Origin: Ruditapes philippinarum | Lineage: Eukaryota | Direction: 5' to 3' | NCBI RefSeq assembly: GCF_026571515.1 | Contig: NW_026862875.1 | Span: 62,001 to 126,000, forward strand | DNA: 64,000 bases | Shown: piece by piece, positions 55,047 through 64,000 of the stretch | Position numbering within the stretch: position 1 is the first letter of the stretch | Layout: each line of letters starts with the position of its first letter | The notes under the pieces: model-generated | The model's database searches: none | Told to the model about the DNA's origin: nothing | Seen by the model: the letters and a program-made list of their open reading frames with translations, nothing else | Position numbers and translations under genes: made by a program

Positions 55047-57816
55047 ATGGCAGAAAAGGCGGCACCTCAAGGGGATCCTGATTCCGATGCAGAGTATGAA
55101 GAATTAGTAAAAAAGTTCGGAGAATTCAATGCCGCTTCAGATCTTGTTAAAAAAGACAAGACGAAGTTGACAACAAAGGCGTGTGGTAAAATGGTGAAAG
55201 AATGTCTCAATGGTGATTTTGGGAAATACAAGGTTTGTGAAAGGACCGACGCCAGCGTTTTCCCCGCAGTGAAACCTACACGTCAAAAGTAAGTGTTTTT
55301 AATAAATGGTGCAGCTTACATATATAGGGACCTTTATTAAGTAAAATTTAAGAATTAAGTAATTATACGGTATTGCTTGTGGAAAGACATTTCAGACCCC
55401 AAACCCCGCATTAGTGTAAGCATTGTTAAGTCAGTATAATTGATAGAGTTGCAAAGATTTGGAATAGAATACCATCTAATATCCGTTCTTCTAATTCTCT
55501 GACATCTTTTAAAAATAAATATAAAAAACATATCTTGCAGCGTTTATGACAAATCTTACAGAAATACTAAGTAGTTGTTATTGTTTAATGATGTTTCGTG
55601 TTTGTGTTTCTATATATTGTTTAGAAGGCTACATTTAAAATTAAGATATGTTAATTGTTTTCAACGATGGTATATCTTCATGTTATACCTCAATTTTCAT
55701 GTATCATTATTATTATCAGGGTGTCATGCTTTGATAAATGGCCTTTGTCCTCAATTGCTGTTTATGTGGGTTATGTGAACCAATTCGCAGATACTTGCGA
55801 AATATATATATAGTTTTGTAGAGTAGGATGGAAGTGTTTTAAATAAATAATGTTTACCTGGCATGAAATTCAAACCAAACGAATGTAACCAATTATTTCG
55901 TCGATATAACTTTGTGTTTCACAAATCAAAAATATGAGCCGCGCCATGACAAAACCAACATAATGGGTTTGCGACCAGCATGGATCCAGACCAGCTTGCG
56001 CATCCGCGCAGTCTGATCAGGATCCATGCTGTTCGCTTACATACTCTATAACAAGTAGAGAAACTTATAGCGAACAGCATGGATCCTGGTCAGATTGCGC
56101 GGATGCGCAGGCTGGGTGGATCCACTATGTTGGTTTTGTCGTGTCGCAAACCCACTATGTTGGTTTTGTCGTGACGCGGCTTAAATATAATTTGATATGG
56201 TTTACTTCAGAGATATGCCTTTGAACAAGGAAACTGTCAAAAAGTTTTGTTATAAACTTGGACATGAGATGGCTAAGGAAAAACACAAGTCAAAGTCAAG
56301 CACTCTAAAAGAAAATGACAAGGAGTGTCAAGAATGCAGGCACACAATCAAAAAACTCTTTAGAGAAACAAAACCAGGCAATTCAGGAACGGTACTGTAT
56401 TTTATAAAAATAAAAATATTTAAAGGTTTAACAGTTTTGTTCGAAGAAATATTAAAATATAGTTCTTCTCATAGATACCACCACTAAATTCAATGATGCA
56501 TACAATGCTGCACCTGGTGGTTGTCTTATGTCTGGTGGTTGGCTTACATCTTGCATATCAGACACGACTTTCTTGCATATGAATTAGGGTTATCTACTGT
56601 TTACTCCAGTGCTAGAAAAACCTGCCTCACAACTCCATGTAAGACAAGTCGCGTGTTTAAATGACGTCATTCACGCACCATAGATGTCCGGCACGACATT
56701 GTTGCTGTGTATACATGTTATGTGGTAATTTTAGTTTCTTAAATTTGGCATTTTTCATCTTGGGTGGTTCAAGTATCCCTACTTGAATACTGTATAAACA
56801 CCCTTATGATATGTTGCCTGCCTTTTGACGTCTTATCTGTGATATGCAGGTTTCATAAGCTCAGATCCCCTTTCAAAATTCCATTTTATTTAGTTCCGCC
56901 CATTGTTTTCTCGTTTAGGACACACGCATTCTTTTACTTTGGGACCATACGCCGCTTTTCATGGAATGGCACTACTTTGTAACATTGAAGGTTCCATGAT
57001 AACCGCCGTATGAACACATCTGCGGATGTTCTAAATTCAAAACTTCACCATTTTCGTGTTTAAATGTTGAACACTGCTTAAGCCGGTGATAGCGGGCGTG
57101 GACGGTAACTTGCACTTTCCATTACCGTCCGACAGGCCCAATCAAACCGAGCCTGCAACATTGTCAATTTTGCCGTGTTGGACTTTCTTTACGGATTCTG
57201 TTTTTCTATATATTTTATGAATGAATTGCGTTCTTAAGATGACGACTTTTTACCATTATGAATTTAGTTGTAAATTTAATTATACGCTACTAATAGAACA
57301 AGTCAATATGTATAGCCAATCAAAATTTTTGTAAGCTGTTCATAAAGATATGGAATGAATGAAAATTTTATTCTTCAAATGAGCCGCGTCACGACAAAAC
57401 CAACATAATGGGTTTGCGACCAGCATGGATCCAGACCGCGCAGTCTGATCAGGATCCATACTGTTCGCTATTAGTTTCTCTTCTTGTAATAGGGTTGGTA
57501 AGCGAACAGCATGGATCCTGATCAGACTGCGTGACTGCGCGGATGCGCAGGCTGGTCTGGATCCATGCTGGTCGCAAACTCATTATGTTGGTTTTGTCAT
57601 GACACGGCTCATATATTGAATATTTTTCAGAAAGCGTCAAAGACCGGTGGCGTGGACCGGTTGACAGATACCAAACATTACACTGGGAGTCACAAGGAAA
57701 GGTTTGACGACACTGGAAAAGGAAAGGGGAAAGAAGGACGTGAAAATCTCCATGCAAATGACGGATATGTGGGACAGTACAAAAATAAAGATTCTTACGA
57801 CAAAAAGAAGAAATAG
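55047..57816 (+). CDS. TPPP: TPPP/p25-alpha paralogue E, 202 aa, most canonical tail
   Basis: Exons 55047-55288, 56211-56391, 57631-57816 (phases 2 and 0). Tail [67 protein letters not shown] at about 57973. Confidence 0.94.
55935..56183. mobile_element. Palindromic MITE copy 2 (intron 1 of TPPP-E), with an internal duplication in the right arm
   Basis: Same family as 13467-13703; CCACTATGTTGGTTTTGTCGTG is present twice near the 3' end. Confidence 0.92.
57380..57611. mobile_element. Palindromic MITE copy 3 (intron 2 of TPPP-E)
   Basis: Same family; central spacer inverted relative to copies 1, 2 and 5. Confidence 0.92.
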
Positions 57817-58703
57817 AATTGAACAAAAACATAGCCCTTGACGGTTTCTGTTATACATTGTATTTTATTCTATTATATGGATGTGTTTGGTTAAAATGTA
57901 TATTAATGTAGTTTTGACTTTATATAAAATTAATTTATTGTACTCTTGAAGTTACTTCAAATTGTGCACTTAATAAATAAGTACAAAGAGTTCAGTTTTG
58001 AAATGTGTTTGACAGATATGATTCATATATTGAGGTACATTTACACTTATTGGTAATGCTTGTATTTTTTGTTGTTGCTTTTTTAAAATGTTTTTTTGTG
58101 GTTATTTGGATTTCTCTGCAATATCAGTTGCGACTGCATTTCATCCAATGTGATGTGTTGAATAGCGTATTCATTGACGTCACTATTGTAATGACGCATG
58201 CTACCGGAAAATCATTAACATTTTTGTTTCGTGATTTTTTTATTCTATTTCGTACAGACCTTATATATACTGTTTAGAGACTATTTTGATGTAATTAATA
58301 CAAAAAATGCACAACTTACACGTTTATATTCGAATAAAATGGTGATGTACATTTAGGAAGTAAATAATAACTGTTTGCATATGCGTAAATAAAATTTAAC
58401 AATGTGTTAAGAAAATATAATAAAAATGTTGTCCATAATCTTAAAAATGATAGTATATCTCGAAAACCTTTTGATACTTACTTTGATAAAAAAAAATTTG
58501 GAAGTTAAGAACTAAAAGCTAAAGAATTATTTACATGATTATTATTTATATTATACAACATTTGACTGAATTTCAATAAAAACATCATTTGTTCACTGTA
58601 TGGGTTGTTTTTAATGCGATGTATACGATGACGTCATAATTTAACGTAAGAAATGGAATCTCTAAAGAACGCACAAAACGATATAATTAAAGAATAATAA
58701 ATT

Positions 58704-58940
58704 TGAGCCGTGTCACGACAAAACCAACATAATGGGTTTGCGACCAGCATGGATCCAGACCAGCCTGCGCATCCGCGCAGTCTGATCAGGATTCATGCTG
58801 TTCGCTATCAGTTTCTCTACTTGTAATAGGGTTTGTAAGCGAACAGCATGGGTCCTGATCAGACTTCGCGGATGCACAGGCTGGTCTGGATCCATGCTGG
58901 TCGCAAACGCACTATGTTGGTTTTGTCATGGCGCGTCTCA
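58704..58940. mobile_element. Palindromic MITE copy 4
   Basis: Same family; spacer oriented as in copy 3. Confidence 0.92.
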
Positions 58941-59573
58941 GATGTCAAAGACAGCATGTGCACTGTAGTTCAAACACATATGTTCAAAGTATGCATGTGT
59001 ATTAAAACGAGCTTGATCCATAACTAAATACAAAGATTGGTTCTCAAACTTATATAATTTCATTCAAAGAAATTTAAATCTATTGTTTTAGCATCATACA
59101 GAATATATAATTCCAGGGAAATATAAATATTTTTTTTATTTTAAGGCAAAGTTTGTGCCGTTCAGGTCTGGCCATATAATTTGTATCATAATAACTTAAA
59201 GTATCTACAGAGAATTAATAGACGTCACGATTATCCAATGAAAATCTTCGTTATAGAAATTAAGTGCACTGAAGACTATTATTATAATATCAATACCCAC
59301 CGATGAGTCATCCCGTATACTAAAATCATATAAACGTGTGTATCATTTTTACTTAAGAGTCATATTTATAGGTCTTCTTTATATTTAGAACAACTATTTA
59401 TTTGATAGTAAAGCCAAAGTAAGGTTCTCTCAGCAAAATGAATGGATAGCGAAAAAAAACACCATACCGAGCAGTATTATTACAAATGCTATTGTATACA
59501 TATTGTGAACGTTTTTTTTCCTGGAACAATTATTGCTTGACACAATTTGCCGGAATAATCAATAGAAGACGCT

Positions 59574-59665
59574 GGTCACGTGACACAAATATTTACTGAG
59601 AAAAATCTAGGTCTTTGGAATTCGGCATCATAGTTAAGACGGATTAATCGATGAAAATTGTAAGT
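59574..59665 (+). promoter_or_regulatory. Candidate promoter and non-coding first exon (E-box GGTCACGTGA, donor GTAAGT)
   Basis: E-box at about 59574-59583, a strong donor at about 59660 and TGACGTCA at 59693. A similar E-box plus weaker donor lies at about 27965-28065, upstream of TPPP-A. Confidence 0.35.
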
Positions 59666-60039
59666 GTTTTTGTCTTTCCTTTTCTTTAAATATGACGTCA
59701 GATAACAATATACTATATATCGACTTTACCAATTTTAGCTTTAACTTACGCTAGATGCATACATGTACTTCTATTAATGAACAAAAAAAAAGTCATTGTA
59801 AATATAGACATACAAGAAATGTAAAGAAGTAACCAATTAAGTGACCTTTGACTATACTGAAATAATCAGTGACAGAAAATGGGTTGACATCATATGGAAA
59901 TGTGTTTAAATCACAAGAAATGTGTTCACTTCACATGTGTTCACATCTTATGGAACTGTGTTCGTAGAACACTTTTACAAGCACTGCTATCAGATAGGTG
60001 ACCCGGCTTTAGGAAGATAATGGCTTTAGTTATTTGATT

Positions 60040-60200
60040 TAATAAACGTGATTTGATTTGCGCCTAGGGATCACGGGGTTCGTATTCTCAGTTCCTGAAA
60101 GGGCGGATGGACTCTCATCAAGCCTATAGAATACATATATACATGCCCGGGGATCTTGGCGTGGTCATTTTTCACTCCAGTGCAAGTCAGTTTACCAGTA
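60040..60200 (+). mobile_element. Degenerate SINE; relatives at about 36990-37075 and 62200-62310
   Basis: B-box-like GG(G/T)TCGTA followed by the shared GGGC(G/A)GATGGAC.C..AT.AAGC in all three copies. Confidence 0.45.
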
Positions 60201-61453
60201 GTGGCGGAATTGGAGATTGGTTAAAATAAACTCAATGATTCCATATAAATTTAGTTGAAACACATTTATTTGAAATAATTTCATGAATTCATCTTGTCGA
60301 CACTAAGTAGAATCGCCTAGAAGAAAAACATTCCCCTTTCTTGCCTTTTTCCCAAGTATATTAACTCACGCTGTCACTGAATTAAAATCGTGTTTCAGAC
60401 TCAACTCCAGTTTGAACAGAACACGTCGAAAAAATTCGCTCCCACAGAGAGCCAAATTATGCAATGAAGCTCCAGAGCAGAAAATAATTAAAAATATGAC
60501 ATGTATAAAATCAGCACCAGAAGTGTTGGCTCATTGAAAAATATTTGGCAACGTCGATTATGCAATACGTATGTTAGTAATTTGTAGCGAATTGGCTTTA
60601 AGTGCCTAATTGTTTATGCACGTTATTCGCGTGCGATCAATTATAACAAGTAATTTCCGATCAATTATATTACTACCAACGGGAGTGTCGTTATTCGCGA
60701 GTAAAAAAGACCCATTATATGTTTTCATATATAAAAAATACATCCAATTAGATATTTGTTCAAGAACGACGAAATTAAAAGTTACATATTTTGAAATTTC
60801 ATCTGGATATAGCATTTCTCTAATATTAACGAGTTGGGATGCAAAGTTATTCTTATTTTTCCTGAATTTTTATTCTAGCTCCATAAATTAAAATTTGTTA
60901 CGGTCTCAAATTAGTCTTCAAGGGATAATGCTATCCAAACGTCTATATAGTCATTTCAGGACCTTTAACGACCATTGATATAGGCCAAATTCCCCTCTAC
61001 TCATCGGGGTTGATAGGGCCTGGGTACCAGTGACTTGTGCCTTAGTAGTAATCATGCAGTTAAAAAGGATGACATCAAAGAAACCATTAGTAAATGTGAC
61101 ATGTTACTTTGTGAATTATACATAGTGCCTGTCCCAATTTAACGGAGTTCTTTCGAGACTTCAGTATACAAGTCTCTTAAATATGCAATGGAATAGTTTC
61201 ATCAACTGACTGTTATCTATTTGTATCAACAAAATCTAATGCCCCGTTTGTTGTAGGTTATTAACTGATGCTTCTGTTGATGGTAATGGAACAGTATCGA
61301 TCTTGTATCATGGTATTCCCCTCCGAGTTTCCCGCCGATTCATTACTCACTGTATTGGTACTGCTACACGATATTTCTCTCCATATTACCCTAATTTTCT
61401 GCCTGTTTATCAATTACTGTATTAGTACTTTTACAAGTATACCTGCTAAGCTA

Positions 61454-61792
61454 TTAAGCAGCATGCCTCCAGATGAGCCAAAATATGTAAGTTATTTCAT
61501 AGTTGACAAAAATGTACAAATATTTAAGAAAAAGTAAAATGATTCAAGATTCAAGTAATAATTTACATATTTTGTGCGATTAATGACTAATTTTTCAGTA
61601 TTTATCACAATACTTCTACTGCGTTACTAACGCAGTAAGGGATGTTTTTGCATATTGTAAGACATTTTGTAACCTCTTTTTGGTAATTAACGTGGGTTGC
61701 AAGTGTCATTGGTTACTTCACAATATTATGCTTTAAATACATTTTCAAAATTTTCAAGAAAATATCATGAATCTGGAGGCATGCTGCTTTAA
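61454..61792. mobile_element. ~335-bp MITE with 18-bp TIR at a TTAA-like site (Kolobok/T2-like)
   Basis: AGCAGCATGCCTCCAGAT (61457-61474) and ATCTGGAGGCATGCTGCT (61771-61788), followed by TTAA. Confidence 0.75.
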
Positions 61793-62880
61793 GTTCTATT
61801 ATCCATAACTGTATTGAAACTGTAACGCGTAGTTCTATATTATTCAACTGTATCAATTCTGTTACACGATTATTCCCGTTGACTGGCCGCGGCTGTCATT
61901 CATCACATTATCGGCTCTGTTCTAAGAATATCTCATTTTAGTCCCGCTACCATTCATCAATCAGTGTGTGGATACAATTACGTATATTAGATTTACTTCT
62001 TCAGCTGTAAGTTTTTCCATATTAACAGAGCTCATTTATCTTCTACAATTATACATAAAAGGAGCTAATTTGTATAGACAGGATCATTAACTGATTTCCT
62101 TCGAGCGTATTTTGTTTACAGCCTGTGTAATCATTTTATCAATTGAACGTGAAAAATGTAATGTAATGTACTTTTGTTTTGTTTTAATGGCAACACTGAC
62201 ACATAACTGGTCCGAACACTATAATAAAAAGGCCGCAAGGTCAAGGGGTCCGTACTGTCAGTGAATGGAGGGCAGATGGACCCTCATTAAGCCAAGAATA
62301 TACAGTTTATACAAGAGAGATAGTATGCTCCTTTCTCAGCCCAGTGAATACATCCCCGTAAGATAGTGAACGATAGTGAAACTTTCCAAAAGCGAGCTAG
62401 TTAAATCCCAGAATACAAGCCCACTTCTCCCAGGCAATCGACCAAGAGCCTGGATGGAACTGAAGCAACAAGTTCCCTAAGTGAATCAAATCGACAAAAT
62501 CCACCAATATAAACAAACAATCTGATATGCATGTTGTAATACTGAGTTTTCATTGAAAAATCGAAAAGAAAGATATATTATTACATTTTAACTGACGATA
62601 TGTACAGATTGAATTATTCGCTTTATCATTTTCTGGTTGATGTGTCGTTCTTTTCCCATCAAATTTGTCAATCTTCTGGGTCCATTAATTTTTTCTATAA
62701 AGATCTAAATTGGTTATAGTCAGGGCATGTATCGATAGCAAGGGGAAAAATAATACAAAAGTGTATCATATATTTTCACAATCGAAAGAAACATCGGAAA
62801 GAAAAAAATAGAAATTTATAATGTATTAGTTGGTCAGGGAGCGATTCCCCATTCACAATGCTGTTATCTATTGATCAAAA

Positions 62881-63117
62881 TGAGCCGCGTCATGACAAAA
62901 CCAACATAATGCGTTTGCGACCAGCATGGATCCAGACCAGCCTGCGCTTCCGCGCAGTCTGATCAGGATCCATGTTGTTCGCCTACAAATCCTATAACAA
63001 GTAGGGAAACTGATAGCGAATAGCATGGATCCTGATCGGACTGTGCCGATGCGCAGGCTGGTCTGGATCCATGCTTGTCGCAAACCCATTATGTCGGTTT
63101 TGTCATGACGCGGCTCA
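62881..63117. mobile_element. Palindromic MITE copy 5
   Basis: Same family as 13467-13703. Confidence 0.92.
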
Positions 63118-64000
63118 AATAGTATGCCCTCAACGAAGCTCGCCAAAACCTCGGATGCTGAACAGTTCTTCTCACTGCTTCTGCTTCGTCAACAATGTCT
63201 TAATTTTGTATATAAAACGTAGAGTGATGGACTGAATTTATTACCTTAAAATAAATGTGTTTCTTAAAATGATACTTTTGTGATGACAAACAAAACACCA
63301 ACAGGCTATATATAAAAGATAAATAAAGGATATTCAAGTTTTTCTCTATAAAAACAGGGGTTATTTTCATCGGATGGTATGTAAATAAAATATTTCTCAC
63401 GAGCAGCAATAGCTATGAGTGAAATATGATAATTTTCATATCACGAAAATTTTAAGTTATCATTGAAAATACAGAAAATATGTTGCACTACAGTAAGATA
63501 ATTTTTAATGAAAACGTGCATTTTATTTCAACAACATTTCTCAATATTTCATCATAAGTATATAATAGAATATCACGTTTTAGGAAAGTCACATTATTAT
63601 ATTTCAATACAAACGTATTTTATGATTTAAACTTCATACATACACTGAATATTTTATTAGGAAATTTGTCTCGATGCACGCGTCATTCAAAATAATTTTA
63701 ATTTGATCTCGAAGCAGTATATTTTTTAACTTTGATTTAATTAAAAATGTAGAAAAAAGCAAACGGCGTTAAAGTTTTACTGAAATCGAAATAGAACACG
63801 AATGCAATTTCCGTGAAATCAACTGATTTTACAGTAATGAGTGTATCATATTCACCACAGTGATGAAGTACGTATCATATTCACTACAGTGGTCCAGCTG
63901 CTTCCTTTACTTATGAATGAGGTCGAAACTAACAGTGATGCAAATACAAAATCCTCTCTGATGATTCATAAGGAGACGCCTCCCCTCTTGCTTACAATAT

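Noticed and set aside
56325-56345. CQECRH in TPPP-E as a heme-c (CxxCH) motif
   Set aside because: Spacing is CxxCxH, and the protein belongs to a cytosolic microtubule-binding family.
57076-57210. Hairpin element as a SECIS, hammerhead, twister or pistol ribozyme
   Set aside because: No in-frame UGA in the host genes, intronic location, and I could not place the required cores (AUGA/GA quartet; CUGAUGA/GAAA).
61257-61487. AG..GT-bounded block as a coding exon (ORF 61268-61537)
   Set aside because: The apparent donor lies inside the 61454-61792 MITE and no frame resembles a known protein.
57449-63146. ORFs 57449-57832, 58713-58895 and 62868-63146 with shared peptides ([19 protein letters not shown])
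   Set aside because: Translations of the palindromic MITE, not genes.

Overview
AT-rich eukaryotic (animal) genomic DNA with spliceosomal GT-AG introns. The SINE/MITE repertoire suggests a bivalve mollusc, possibly a venerid clam (inference). Contents: (1) the last three coding exons of the splicing factor RBM22 (1-1445, +). (2) A transposon-rich interval of about 30 kb with a three-level nested DNA-transposon stack (6365-12021), an apparently intact two-exon DDE_Tnp_4-type transposase with a C-terminal SWIM finger (14155-16578, -) that has a tRNA-like Pol III unit just upstream of its ATG, and a 5'-truncated RTE-X-like LINE. (3) The main feature: a same-strand tandem array of five divergent TPPP/p25-alpha (tubulin polymerization promoting protein) paralogues at 31.5-57.8 kb. 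Three are full length, one has its conserved C-terminal tail replaced by an unrelated exon, and one is an internally deleted pseudogene. The array is interspersed with a roughly 140-bp hairpin-forming element seen only in the cluster, palindromic MITEs, SINEs and two decayed Tc1 elements. There is one 148-nt assembly gap (34309-34456). All calls come from manual translation and by-eye alignment; no database search was run.
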